Positions 24,220-38,177 of a stretch of 64,000 bases of DNA are shown here, piece by piece. Position 1 is the first letter of the stretch; the number at the start of each line of letters is the position of its first letter. The stretch spans positions 4,774,001 to 4,838,000 of the forward strand of contig OX597835.1 in assembly GCA_951406725.2 (NCBI GenBank), in the 5' to 3' direction. The notes under the pieces were generated by a model, which searched no databases, was not told the origin of the DNA, and worked only from the letters and a program-made list of their open reading frames with translations. Source of the stretch: Octopus vulgaris. Taxonomy: Eukaryota. The position numbers were made by a program, and so were the translations under genes.

Positions 24220-24562
24220 ATGGAGGCGCATGGTTCGGCGGTTTGAGTGTCGGACTCACAATCATGAGGCACTGAGTTCGAATCCCGGACCGGGCTGTGT
24301 GTTGCGTTCTTGAGCAAGACACAATTTATTTCACGTTGCTCCAGTTCACTCATCTGTAGAAATGAGTTGTGACTTCACGGGTGCCAAGCTGTATCGGCCC
24401 CTTTGCTTTTCCCTTGGATAACATTAGTGGCGTGGAGAGGGGAGGCCGGTATCCATGGACAACGTCTGTTTTTCCATAAACAACCTTGCCCGGTCCTGTG
24501 CCGTGGAGGGGAACTCTCTAGCTGCAATCCCATGATCATTCATAGCCGAAGGCGGTCTTCAT
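24220..24562 (+). mobile_element. SINE, head C + tail D
   Basis: Homologous to 6297-6635. Confidence 0.85.
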
Positions 24563-24779
24563 CATTTATTAACTTTGAGAAAAGGACTTTGTTCATGGCC
24601 GATACCATCAACTAGACTGCAATGTGTGTCTGTGTTCTGTGACAGACAGAACCCAACGGGCGAGCCGCTGAGCTGTCTGTTGACGCGTAGGAAATAGCAG
24701 CCAAACTCCATTGGATCGCACCGCCTACTGTCATACCATGACAATCTCTACCACAGATGATACGACGATCACCGCGATC

Positions 24780-25065
24780 ATCCACCGCCACCACCGCCAC
24801 CACCACCACCACCACCACCACCACCACTATCATCGCCACCACCGTCACCAATAAACACCACAACAACACCATCATTATCACCATCATTATTGCCACCACC
24901 TTCATTACGATCACAACTGCTGTCATAGCTTCTGACATCACTACTTTGATCACTATCACCATTATAATCATAGTCACACTGCCATCATCATCACCACCAC
25001 CGCCGCCACCACCGCCACAATAACCATAACTACCACAACCACCACAACCACCACCCCAACCACTA
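24780..25065. repeat. Degenerate (CAC/CAT)n trinucleotide tract
   Basis: Direct reading. Confidence 0.9.
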
Positions 25066-25689
25066 TCGTAGCTAACTGGTTTCGAGGAGCAGAGGCCGTT
25101 ATAGTAGTGGCAGAAGCGGTTGAGTCAATCCTATGTCAAGCAGTGATTGCAGGGTTTTCAACGAATGGTTTTTATATTTCATAGAGCAGAATATTTCATT
25201 GGCGGAAATTGTAGGAGGTGAAAGAACAAATCGCTATGCATTACCAAACTAAAATAGTTTTCAAATTTTTAAACTTGCCCAACCCCATGACAAAGAAAGA
25301 GGAATTCTATGGATGTAAACCTTAATCTGCCTTCTCATTAACAAAGAAGAGAGGAAGATTTGGGGTAGGGAGTTCGCTGGTATTTGTTAGCTTGAGAACG
25401 ACTGGTGTTTATCTGAGGGCTGCACTACAGGTCATCTGTGGGTCTTAATTGGGCTTTGCAGAAAGTCATCAACTAATTATTGATATAGTAATTTCTAATC
25501 CTGACGTGGACGTCTTAAATCTAGAAACATAGATTTACATAATGTTATGAAGGTAACATTGCCGAAAGAAGCCAACAGAAATTGTTGCGATTTCGAGGGT
25601 TTTATGGTGTTCGAAGACAACATGATTAAAGAGAGGCCGAGGTAGAGGGTAATTTCTCTCGTCTTTCATACGAATATACAAAGATTATT

Positions 25690-25910
25690 CTGGCAGAATC
25701 GTTAGCACGCCGGACGAAATGGTTAGCGGTATTTCGTCTGCTGTTACGTTCCGAGTTCAAATTCCGCCGAGGTCGACTTTGCTTTTCATCCTTTCGGGGT
25801 CGATAAATTAAGTACCAGTTACGCACTGGGGTCGATGTAATCGACTTAATCCGTTTGTCTGTCCTTGTTTGTCCCCTCTGTGTTTAGCCCCTTGTGGGTA
25901 GTAAAGAAAT
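25690..25910 (+). mobile_element. SINE family D with target-site duplication
   Basis: Flanked by direct repeat ATATACAAAGATTATTCT (25674-25691 and 25911-25928). Confidence 0.88.
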
Positions 25911-25927
25911 ATATACAAAGATTATTC

Positions 25928-26140
25928 TTTTCTACTCAAGGCACATGGCCGGAAATTTTGGGGGAGGGAGCCAGTCGATCAGATCGACCCCAGGTCGCAA
26001 CTAGTATTTGATTTATCGATCCCGAAAGGATAAAAGGCAAAGTCGACCTCGGCGGAATTTGAACTCAGAACGTAAAGACAGACGAAATACAGCTAAGCAT
26101 TTCGCACGGCGTGCAAACGTTTCTGCCAGCTCGCCGCCTT
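25928..26140 (-). mobile_element. SINE family D, alternative tail, inverted
   Basis: Reverse complement of the family D head with a CCTTGAGTAGAAAAGAAT tail. Confidence 0.85.
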
Positions 26141-26584
26141 ATAACAATAAAGATTATTGTGATCGACAAATATTGCATAACATTTTACTTTTCTTGTAGT
26201 AATATGATTAATCTTTCAATGAAACTGACAAGACGATAAAAGGTAATTCGAGTTGAAGGGAGAACTATTCGGTTCAATGGCTTGTCGGTGTTTGATTCGT
26301 TTGGTCGGTGTCAAATATTCATAGATGAATGCAATGAAATGGTGGTGATGTGAGATGAACTAGTTTCGTGGAACAAGAGATCATTATAGTAGCTACAAAA
26401 GAAATAGAAAAAAAAAAAAAAGAAACAGCTCAATTGCGACCTGAAACCTGGAGTGCACTGGTGGGTGACCTCACGTTAATTAGTCTGGTGGTTGTTAGGT
26501 GTTTCACTCTCCCATACATACATACAGACAGACATACAGACGGACAGAATTAAAAAACTAAATTTGGATACATTTAGAAATTTT

Positions 26585-26748
26585 AGTGGCTGTGTGGTAA
26601 GTAGCTTGCTAACCGACCACATGGTTCTGGGTTCAGTCCCATTGCGTGACACCTTGGGCAAGTGTCTTCCACTATAGCCTCGGGACGGCCAAAGCCTTGT
26701 GAGTGGATTTGGTAGTCGGAAACTGAAAGAAGCCCGTCGTATATATGT

Positions 26749-26780
<32 letters not shown>

Positions 26781-27018
26781 TCTATATATATATATGTGTG
26801 TGTGTATATGTTTGTGTGTTTGTGTTTGTCCCCCCAACATCGCTTGACAACCGATGCTTGTGTGGGTACTTCCCCGTAACTTAGCGGTTCGGCAAAAGGA
26901 ACCGATAGAATAAGTACTAGGCCTCCAAAGACTAAGTCCTGGGGTCGATTTGCTCGACTAAAGGCGGTGCTCCAGCATGGCCACAGTCAAATGACTGAAA
27001 CAAGTATAAGAGAGAAAA
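26585..27018 (+). mobile_element. SINE family A
   Basis: Same organisation as 6852-7251. Confidence 0.9.
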
Positions 27019-27651
27019 AAAGTCAAGCTCATCATCTGTCCGTGAAATGTTCCTTGTCGTGTTTCTTGCCCTTCGTTTATATTTCATTTTCCAGAATGTT
27101 CATATACAACTTAGTAAATTATTTCTTCTGCCTACTCAGATAAAAAGAATTACTTTTATGTATATTTACACCTCAAAATACCACTTGTCAACCAATTTTA
27201 AACACAAATCCATAACATTTATTGCGCCATGATTAATTTTTTAATAGTTTCTTTGTAAACTGCATTTTATATAATACATGCCTCACTAAGTCCATAACAT
27301 TTATAATAATACGATGGTTTCTATAAAAATCATTTTATATTATACACAGGTATTGACAAAATTATTTTACATTATAGGGAGGTATTGTCGAAATAGGTTT
27401 GTCAACATTTTTCAGGTGACATGAGGAAAACAGTTCAGCGATTGAATAGAAAAAATTCCGCCTTGCGTATTCACCTTGTGTGTGATATAAGTTGTAAAAT
27501 GGCTGAATTAGCAAATGTTGGTGACTAAAACTAAATAACCAAATAAGCAAACCCTTGTGTCTCTTTATGTGTATATCGATATACAAGTATAGACACACAC
27601 CTACATATATATGCAAGTATGTATATACATATGTATGTATGTATTTATGTA

Positions 27652-27686
<35 letters not shown>

Positions 27687-27764
27687 GTGTATGTGTACGT
27701 GTGCATGTATGTATGCATGTATAGACTTCTTGTAGTAGAGTACAGATTTCATATATTATTAAAA

Positions 27765-27911
27765 GGAGGTAGTCAAGATTTAGATAAGTATTATTAATTG
27801 AGCGCTTTCACCACCCACCCACCCTTTGGATATTCATTATGATTGAATCCTTTAATGAAATGAAAGCGCTCAATAAATGACATTTATCAAAATCCTGACT
27901 ACCATCTCCAT
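27765..27911. mobile_element. MITE-like element with ~45 bp imperfect TIRs
   Basis: GGAGGTAGTCAAGATTTAGATAAG..ATTGAGCGCTTTCA versus TGAAAGCGCTCAAT..TTATCAAAATCCTGACTACCATCTCC. Confidence 0.6.
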
Positions 27912-28098
27912 ACACACACACACACACACGCACACGCACACGGAGTTTAATTATTAGAGACAATTGAATTTTTCCTTTTTGGTTTTATATTTATATAATA
28001 ACCGCATTTGTTATTTCATATATATATGTATATATATATATATATATATAACAATGATAAATCTCAGAGCGAGTTATAAACAGTAGCAGTAACACATC

Positions 28099-28339
28099 GT
28101 GACGCATATTTGCCATTTGAATATGGCTAACCCCTAAGGGTGGATGCTACTGTAGTTTGTAGCCCCAGGAAGATATCTCCTCCAGCTGGCTATAGACACA
28201 CTACCTGTGTCCCCTCAGTATTTTTGAGAGGACACAGATAGTGTGTCTATAGCCAGCTGGAGGAGATATCTTCCTGGGGCTACAAACTACAGTAGCATCC
28301 ACCCTTATGGGTTAGCCATATTCAAATGGCAAATATGCG

Positions 28340-28343
<4 letters not shown>
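28099..28343. repeat. Near-perfect fold-back inverted repeat, ~118 bp arms
   Basis: GTGACGCATATTTGCC...CTGTGTCCCCTCA, ~7 nt loop, then the reverse complement; (TA)n on both sides. Confidence 0.97.
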
Positions 28344-28381
<38 letters not shown>

Positions 28382-28384
<3 letters not shown>

Positions 28385-28707
28385 AGCACTCCGTCGGTTA
28401 CAACGACGAGGGTCCCAGCTGATCCGATCAACGGAACAGCCTGCTCGTGAAATTAACGTGCAAGTGGCTGCACACTCCACAGACACGTGTACTCTTAACG
28501 TAGTTCTCGGGGATATTCAGTGTGACACAGAGAGTGACAAGGCCGGCCCTTTGAAATACAGCTACAACTCATTTTTGCAAGCTGAGTGGACTGGAGCAAT
28601 GTGAAATAAAGTGTCTTGCTGAAGGACACAACGCGTCGCCGGGAATTGAGCTCACGACCTTACAATCGTTAGCCGAATGCCCTAACCACTAAGCCACGCG
28701 CCTTCAC
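28382..28707 (-). mobile_element. SINE, head C + tail B
   Basis: Homologous to 19313-19626. Confidence 0.88.
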
Positions 28708-28794
28708 TTTTATATATATATATAATGTAGGACTTAGTGTTTTGCTTCTTCCATGGGTATGAGTAAGTATCTCATTTATTTCTTTGGCACATTT

Positions 28795-28846
28795 ATCACT
28801 GACGAAGGGAGGGTTCTCACGAACTAACCCTGAAATCGGTCAGATA
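28795..28846 (+). ncRNA. Type-I hammerhead-like motif in a (TA)n-flanked pLTR-like fragment (28725-28994)
   Basis: TATCA CTGACGA AGGG..GTTC TCAC GAAC..CCCT GAAA TCGG TC AGATA; GUC triplet. Confidence 0.65.
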
Positions 28847-28992
28847 TGGTAATAATGGAATTAAAAAAAAAATTCTGTCGGATTTTTTTCAAGTAGCGTG
28901 CGTATTGTGAAAAATTATATGGTAATGGACAATATGTCCAATTTTGGCATATTTGGCATCAGAAATTTTTTCGTTTGCCCTTATTCATAAGT

Positions 28993-29068
<76 letters not shown>

Positions 29069-29339
29069 CATACACCCGTATGTATGTGTGTATGTATGTG
29101 TGCATATGGAGCCGCAGGCCAGATTTCTGCAGCGCCATAACTGAAATGTTGCGTAAGGAGGCATATTTTGTTTGAGATTGTTATAGGCGATGTAACTCTT
29201 TCTTAAATTTCCATTTTTTTTTTGTTTTTTGAGTTCCTGGCAAAACATTCAAGACTATTCTAGGTCTCCTCAGGCACTTCAGTATACGCTGGGAAAATCG
29301 ATTAATTAGAAAAAATGAAATAAGAAAAGCCAAGAGGTT

Positions 29340-29850
29340 GCAGCCGTGATACACTTCATTACGCGCCGCAAAGCACCTCTGTTTCCCCCTTTAACTTTAA
29401 CAAATAGATCCTCAATGTTATATTGAGTGTCTCTGCTAATAATATCAATGTAGTTGAAAGGTCTTCGTCCTTCATTAGTGAGCGGGAGTTTCCAAATTAT
29501 AACGCCTGATATGACATGCTGTTCAGGACGACAGTGGCAACCAGCCAAGCTTTCTGTTAGTTGCGTAATAAGAGTCGCGATGCGTGAAATGTACCCATAA
29601 ATACCCTTTGTTCTTGTGTTCTTGGGTTAAGTGTACTGATTCCTCATGAGAAACCCAGTGTAAGTATAATTAAGGCGACCTATCCATTGTAGACGCATGA
29701 AAATTAAAAGTAGGATTTTAAAATGATAAAGAAAAAACGAGATCTTTCTAGAAATTATAAGTGAAAAATAAAATTTTAATTTTCGGTTTTGTAGTTGTTT
29801 AATTTTAATTAATTCTTCTGCATTATCTTGTGAATAATTTGAATGGAACA
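29340..29850 (-). mobile_element. RTE-like LINE 3' fragment
   Basis: AGCHCRPEQHVISGVIIWK..GRRPFNYIDIISRDT resembles an RTE C-terminus. Confidence 0.55.
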
Positions 29851-30237
29851 ATCCTGAGTCAACGTTTCTAGATCACCTGAAGACTGTCAACGTTTTTGGG
29901 GTCATTTACATAAAATATACTGACTTCAGATGGTTATATAAAACCTAGTACACTCACGCACATCCGCGCGTGTATACACACACACATGTTAGAAGATTGA
30001 ATCAAGACAATTCAGGTTATAGGAGTGTACAGATATTTCATTAAAACAGAAAACAGCTGTGGATTGTAAAGTAACTATAACCGCATTATTCATGGTTATG
30101 AATTTCTATGCAAATAAGCTATGATAAAAACATTTTTTATAGCTATTTTATTTTTATATGAACCAGGCTACAAGCAAGCTTACAGTTAGTTACCTCTCAG
30201 ATATAATAAAATATTAAAATAAACTCTAACATATATA

Positions 30238-30550
30238 TCACCGTGATCACCGTGACCGACCGGGCCATCAGATGTTGTTACACATCGCTGGTCACAATGC
30301 GCTTCGCATTGTTTTAGCCTTCAAAATGATACCACCCCGCTGGCTAAGCGAGCAGGCCAACAGAAGAAAGATTGAGAGAAAGTTGTGGCGAAAAAGTACA
30401 GCAAGGATCGCCACCACCCCCTGCCGGAGCCTCGTGCAGCTTTAGGTGTTTTCGCTCAATAAACACTCACAACGCCCGGTCTGGGAATCGAAACCGCGAT
30501 CCTACGACCGCGAGTCAGCTGCCCTAACCACTAGGCCATTGCGCCTCCAC

Positions 30551-30551
<1 letters not shown>
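30238..30551 (-). mobile_element. SINE, head B + tail F
   Basis: Family B head joined to a distinct tail ending (TCACGGTGA)2. Confidence 0.85.
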
Positions 30552-30595
<44 letters not shown>

Positions 30596-30827
30596 ACATA
30601 CATACAAGCATATGTAATGATAATAATGGGTGGATGTAAACACATGAACAAACTTAGAACAAAAGCAACAACAACAAAAACAAAATACAAATTACAAGAA
30701 TGTATATAAACAGAAGATACAAATATTACAGGCATCCCCGCCTACACACACACTAAATAAACATAGACGCACATAGAGATATAAGCATGCGCAAATGAAG
30801 ACATGCAATAGAAATACAAAATGGCTG

Positions 30828-31032
30828 ACGGTTAGTAAGGAGAGACACAAATAAGTGAGAAGAAAACAAAGGACCACTGATGCGGTCACAGGAGTGTGAC
30901 GAAAGAACTTTGGCCGAAATAAGATTAAGATTAATGTAAAAAATAAATATCACTGAAGCAAAATAACACCAAATATATAGTGCGTGTGTTTTTATTGGCT
31001 AAACTGGCAATATGACCATTCCGAAATATAAC
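30828..31032 (+). mobile_element. pLTR-like repeat with hammerhead-like motif (30871-30915); second copy at 48613-48815
   Basis: GGACCA CTGATGC G GTCAC AGGAGT GTGAC GAAA GAAC TT TGGCC; the other copy reads TTGATGA...GAAC TA, so the two-copy consensus core is CTGATGA. Confidence 0.6.
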
Positions 31033-31090
31033 AATATCTGTTTCAACACACGACTTCACATAAAAATCTTGCACAACAAATATTTAAACG

Positions 31091-31883
<793 letters not shown>

Positions 31884-31917
31884 TAAGAAAGTTTGTTTGG
31901 TAAAGCACGTGGGTGAA

Positions 31918-32340
31918 TATATAAGAAAATAGTAAAGAGTGAAAAAACGACAGAAGGCTTAAATGTTAAAAAATATATATATTTGCGTCAAAATGTCTGG
32001 AGAATATTGGAAAAAATTTTTTTCCTCCTTGAAATGACATAATTTTATAATTTTTAAAGAAATACCGGTTTCGCAGTTAGCTCTTCAAATTTCTTGTGAC
32101 TTAATGTTTATTTTTAATAACGTAGCAAAAATACAAGGATTACGTTATTAAAAATAAACATTAAGTCACAAGAAATTTGAAGAGCTAACTGCGAAACCGG
32201 TATTTCTTTAAAAATTATAAAATTATGTCATTTTAAGGAGGAAAAAAAATTTTTCCAATATTCTCCAGACATTTTGACGCAAATATATATATTTTTTAAC
32301 ATTTAAGCCTTCTGTCGTCTTTTCACTCTTATTTACTATT

Positions 32341-32350
<10 letters not shown>
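31918..32350. repeat. Fold-back inverted repeat, ~205 bp arms, each with a hammerhead-like motif
   Basis: Arms separated by a 16 nt loop (32125-32140); AAGAAAT TTGAAGA GC TAACT GC GAAA CCGG TA TTTCTT at 32170-32208 and its mirror in the left arm. Confidence 0.95.
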
Positions 32351-32374
<24 letters not shown>

Positions 32375-32536
32375 TGTGATGATATTAGTGTTATAGCCAG
32401 GATGCAAAACCATTTCTTTTGTATAATAAGAATACTGTACACTAGCAATGCTAAATATTGGTTCCAAATTTTGGCACAAGGCCAGCAACATCGAGAATGG
32501 TGAAAAATCGATTACATGTTTTTTGAGTTATCGATA

Positions 32537-32835
32537 TCTATATATATAAAGAGGAGAATGTGTATCTGTCTGTCTGTCTGTCAGTTTGTGTGAATCCTTA
32601 AAATTTGAGAACTACACAACTAATTTCATTCAAATTTTACACATGCCTTACTTAGGGTCCATGTAGTGTCATAGGCTTAAAAATTGTTTTGGCCTCTTGC
32701 CTAGTGCGAGCCCACAACAATATCATATCTTCTCCACTATTTCCGTATTACGTGTCAAAAGTGAAAGAATAAAATCTCTCTATTGTAATGTCAAATGCTT
32801 TCACTTTAAGAGTTTCACTTTAATACTGAAACTAT
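32537..32835 (+). mobile_element. Non-autonomous Helitron-like 5' portion
   Basis: A|TCTATATATATAAA start followed by (TCTG)n and AATTTCATTCAAATTTTACACA, typical of non-autonomous Helitron 5' ends. Confidence 0.55.
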
Positions 32836-32855
32836 TATAATGAAACTATTATCTC

Positions 32856-33252
<397 letters not shown>

Positions 33253-33768
33253 ACACTGTCCTTTGATCCTTTGTTTGCTTGTTCTTTCTTTCTTTCTTTC
33301 TCTTTCTCTGTCCCACACATTGACGCACGTTCTTTCCGTCCACTTTCGTCAAACTCTTTATCTCTCTCCTTCCCCCCCCACACACTTCCCCTTTCTCCCT
33401 CATTCACGCATGCATTCTTTCACCTTTCCTCTCATGTACTCGACACTTCCCCCCTCTCCCCTCCCCCCACACACAAACACTGCAGTCCTAGACATGCACA
33501 GAATAATAAAGGATTGGGAAGGAAGAAAACCAAAGAAATGAACAAAAAAAGATAGGAATATGTAAGCTGTAAATCTTTGCCCACGCAAGATTTTTATCAT
33601 AGGTGTTGCTAGCGAAGAAGTGATTGCATAAGTCTAACACCTGAACATTCAGTTCTGAGAGTTATTTGATGAATCACGAACCAATGATCTTATATAAATA
33701 TTATATAACACAATACGACTGAAATGCCACAATCTGATCAATAGAATACAAATCCTTAAGTTCATGGG

Positions 33769-33905
33769 TGCAGGAGCAGGAGTGGCTGTGGTAGTAAGAA
33801 GCCTGCTTCCCAACCACCTGGTTCCGGGTTCAGTCTACAATAGCCTCAGGCCGACCAAAGCCTTGTAAGGGGATTTGGTAGACGGAAACTGAAAGAAGCC
33901 CGTCA
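33769..33905 (+). mobile_element. SINE family A 5' half
   Basis: Head and body up to GAAGCCCGTC, followed by an expanded (TA)n. Confidence 0.8.
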
Positions 33906-33940
33906 TATATATATATATCTTTATATATATATATATATAT

Positions 33941-34012
<72 letters not shown>

Positions 34013-34039
34013 TTTGATACTGATTAGAAGATCGAAAAT

Positions 34040-34083
34040 CCACCTGAAGAATGTCAGTAGAAGACAGGAAACAATTGTAGTGG
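34040..34083 (+). ncRNA. Minimal type-I hammerhead-like motif in a (TA)n-flanked fragment (34010-34255)
   Basis: CCAC CTGAAGA A TGTC AGTAGAA GACA G GAAA CAATTG TA GTGG: stem I CCAC/GTGG, stem II TGTC/GACA, palindromic ACAATTGT, GUA triplet. Confidence 0.75.
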
Positions 34084-34252
34084 CGGTTTATTTAATTTAT
34101 ATTAAAATTTTATGTATTGATTAAGTCTTTCCTTGATTGATTTTAAAATATTGGTTTTGTCTCGAATTATATTATATAATATTTTACTATAAAATTGGAT
34201 TTAACCCTAAATCTGATTTTTCCCTGTAATTTTGGATTCATTCCCTAATATT

Positions 34253-34286
<34 letters not shown>

Positions 34287-35112
34287 ATAAAATATGAAAA
34301 AATCAACGAAAATGCATATTGCAAATAGAAAAAGGCTATTTATGACAGGTAGCGACAAATATATACATTTAGATTGACTGAGGTAGTAATACGAGTCATA
34401 AAGGTCATTATTATGACATGATTATAAGATGATAATAAAGTAAGAGAACAAAACGAACCAATAGTTTACGCAAAACTATTCATCGTTTGTATATATATAT
34501 AAATATATATATATGTGTGTGTGTGTGTGTATGTGTGTGTGTGTGAGTGTGTGTGTATGTATGCGTATGCGTGTGTGAGTATGTGTGTGAGTGTATGTGT
34601 GAAATTGTGCGTGTGGTGCACCTGAAAGTCGACGGAGCGAAACCGACAAAACGTATTCGCAGCTAAAATGACTCACATGTCTCAATGCACCAAAGAAGCA
34701 AGTCCTTCAACAAGGAATGCACTTTCTTCTTCGCTCTGTTTAACCAGAGCTGACGAGCAACGTGACCTGTCCACGAATCAGTCGCACGATTTCCTAGAAA
34801 CAAAAACGAGTTCGCCTTAAAAACACGCTCAACTGTCTTTAAAAAAAAAGCAATAAAAAAACGGAGAGACTCCTTTAGTATTGGTAGAAATAGGCGTGAA
34901 TCACGCCTTAGATCACTGGTCAGTTCGATCAGGGTTGGTCAACGACTGTGAAAAAAACAAAACAACGTCTTTTCTATGCAGTCGCGTGACCTGCTACAAA
35001 TAATTGTCTCGAAAAAGGGGAAATAAACACAATGAATAATGTGGTTCTACATCCATTATGCTTGCGAATACATTGGCTGCTCACAAATTGAATACCTTAC
35101 CTTTTTTTAGGT

Positions 35113-35560
35113 CAGAATGGCAGAATCCCCAAGGACATACTCTACGGAGAGCTTGCTAGGGGTACTAGGTCTGTGGGTAGACCGATCTTACGTTACAAGG
35201 ATGTTTGCAAAAGGGACATGAAGGCCTGCAACATCAATATTAGCGGTTGGGAGGCAGTTGCCGGCAACCGTGGAGAATGGCGACGTACCGTAAAAGAGGG
35301 AATACAAAGGAGTGACAGAGAGAGAGAGAGGAGAAATGGAAAGAAAGGAAGAGACGTAAACAAGAGACTATGGCACTACAACCAGCCAGGAACAGTCTTC
35401 GCTACATTTGCGGTACCTGCCAGAGGGAGTGTTTGTCCAGGATAGGACTACACAGCCACAGCAGGAAATGTATCAGGACATGAAATATAAAAGCCGCACT
35501 AGACTACTTTATGCGCAACTCCATTGTCTCCCGAGACAGAAAGGATGCCAACAACCAACA
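35113..35560 (+). mobile_element. RTE LINE 3' end
   Basis: GRIPKDILYGELARGTRSVGRPILRYKDVCKRDMK, terminal C..C..RIGLHSHSRKC, and a TCCCGAGACAGAAAGGATGCCAACAA tail. Confidence 0.88.
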
Positions 35561-35881
35561 TAAAGTCGATTTCATATAAATAGCAGCTAAATCCCCATTC
35601 AACCAGACTATTCACTTTATTCAAGAAATAACAGGCAAGACACTCAAATTATATGCAGATGTCTTAAGAAATGAATAAGATATCCAGCGATATGGATTTA
35701 TTTACACCAAGGATTGATCCTGTTACCCTTGCCTCTCATTATAGATTTTGCTGGATTCAGTTTAAGCTGGAACTAAACAACAGCAACAATGACAACTGCA
35801 CCCGCTCAGCACCTAAGAACATTTGTAGCGCGGCCCTCACCAACTCCATTTCATATCCTTCTCTATCATCACACAGAAGTA

Positions 35882-37147
35882 CAGTGTTTGAACAAAATAA
35901 TGGAAACGCCTTAAAATGTCAAACAAATTTATTTTAATATGGAGTAGGACCGCCTTTGGTAGTAATTACCACTTGAATTCTACAAGATATGGACTCGTAC
36001 AAAGTTTGAATTGTTTCCGAAGAAATTTTTGTCCATTCTTCAGCTAAAACAGTCTCCAGTTCTTGTAGTGATGATGGCGGAGGATATCAATTCCTTACTT
36101 GTTTTTCTAAAATGCACCAAAAATGTTCAGTAATATTGAGAACTGAGGACTGTGGTGGCCAGGTAAGATGTTCAACTTCACTAGAATGTTCCTTGTGCCA
36201 TTCAGTAACAACTTTAGTGTGAATTGGTGCATTAGCATCCCGAAAGATTGCGTTTCCTCTCGGATACAGTTCCGCAACCACAGGATGAATTTGATCAGAT
36301 AAAATGCTTAGATAGTCTTGACTATTAATTTTGCCATGAAGGGAAACCATAGTCCGGTGGATTTCCAAGATATAGCCCTCCAAATCATCACAGATCCTCC
36401 TACATGTTTAAAAGTTGGAAGAAGGCAGTATGGGTCAAATGCTTCTTTTGGCCGTCTCCACGCGTATACTCGGCCGGTGGTCGGAAATAAGGTAAAGGAT
36501 GACTCGTTCGAGAAAATAACATTCATCCACTTCTCTAGGGACCAATTCTGTAGGTTTTTACTCCACTCTAAACGCTTTGCAACATTTGTTATTGAATGTA
36601 GTGGTTGTTCTGATTGCAGCCCTCCTGTGAAATCCAGCTTTGTACAGCTTCCGGTGAACAGTTTTTGTGGAAACTGGGTTCTCGAGGAGGTCATTAAGCT
36701 CTGCAGTAATTTTGGGAGTTGTTCTTTTGTGATCCTTTCTAAGAATTCGCGTAAGAGTCTGATGGTCCCTATCTGAAAGTTCTAGTTTTCTTCCGGAGTT
36801 TTGGTTCGACGATGAGGTTTTTCTCTCTTTCTCAAAGGCTGTCATTACTTTCGAGACAGTACTTCTTGATACACCAAACATTTTGGCTGTTTTCGTTACG
36901 CTAGCGCCTGCCATACGAGCACCAACAATTTGACCTCTTTGAAAGTCAGATAGACCTTAATGAATTTTAATTACCTTTTTCTGATGATATCTGAAAAGAA
37001 ACAGCAATTTTAGCAAAACATATTAAACAACAGTAATAATAAATTAAAAAAAAACATAAAAATAAACAAGCTCTTGACGGTTTTATAGATATTTCAAAAT
37101 TATGATACTATGATGCTAGGTGTTTCCATTATTTTGTCCACCCCCTG
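35882..37147 (-). mobile_element. Full-length Tc1-family DNA transposon, transposase frameshifted
   Basis: TIRs CAGTGTTTGAACAAAATAATGGAAAC / GTTTCCATTATTTTGTCCACCCCCTG, TA on both sides; ORF pieces with HTH, VIFSNESSF, GGSVMIW, FRDANAPIHT, WPPQSSVLNITEHFW. Confidence 0.95.
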
Positions 37148-37714
37148 TATCTACTGAAGATTTCGGTCAATCCTCTTGCCTCACTGCACCTTCTTCCTCG
37201 CTACACTTTTACTTTGTTATCAATGACGTTGGAAGGTGTTGAAAATAACTTTCTAAGACGAATAAAGATTTTAGTGAAAGAAATTGTGTCACGTATCCTG
37301 GCAACTCCCGACTGGCTCGATTGATATTGTCATGGTTGTCGACCATGTAGGTGGGAGAAAATACGAATAGGCTCAAATTCCAGAGTGAAGACGTTCTGGA
37401 GTAATAGAAGATTATTGCATGGCGTAACGAAAGAAGAGACAAATACAATACCTATGTCATGTTTTGGCCCTAGGTCGACGCTCAGCCATCATGATCGTCT
37501 ATGATCATCTATGACCCAAAGTACTCCAAGTAATATCATGTTTATTTCTGACATTGCACATCCAGGTTAAAATGTACACCTGATGTACATTTTACCTTTT
37601 TAAAGATATTTGAGTGTAACTTTAGAGAAGTCTTGGTCGCTATATTTAGCAGGTTAAGCTCAGGGACCCTCTCGATGGCTTCTTTTACGTAATAAATGTA
37701 GCGTATTGCACTGA

Positions 37715-37989
37715 ATGAATGCAGTTAAAACTCTGTTTTTTTTTAAAGGCATTCAGAGGTAAACGATATAAGCAGTTGGAAATTTCCAACTGCTTATATC
37801 GTTTACCTCTGAATGCCTTTAAAAAAAGCAATGTTTTAACTGCATTCATCCCGCTAGGATTTTTTTCAATCACCTACGACAACAAAACTAAACACGCTTT
37901 AGCATATTTACATAAACACTATCCTCCATGAATATATTGTCGTAGGTGATTGAAAAAAAATCCTAGCGGGACCCGTGAATATTTCACGG
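37715..37989. repeat. Adjacent inverted repeats (loopless ~135 bp palindrome, 34 bp-arm stem-loop, small hairpin)
   Basis: Palindrome centred on GGAAA|TTTCC at 37782/37783; arms 37849-37882 and 37937-37971; CCGTGAA-TAT-TTCACGG at 37973-37989. Confidence 0.92.
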
Positions 37990-38177
37990 AATTAATGGTT
38001 GACCTATTGCGTTATTTTTGAAAACTTTATCCCCCCCCCCCCAAAAAAAAAAAATTGAAAGCGTAGCCTGTGTTGTGTGTCTGTACAGAAAGATACTCTC
38101 TCATCTGCTACTCACCAAAATGTGAAAGAAATTGGAGTACGATGATTACTTAAAGCACTTTTTTATATATATATATA

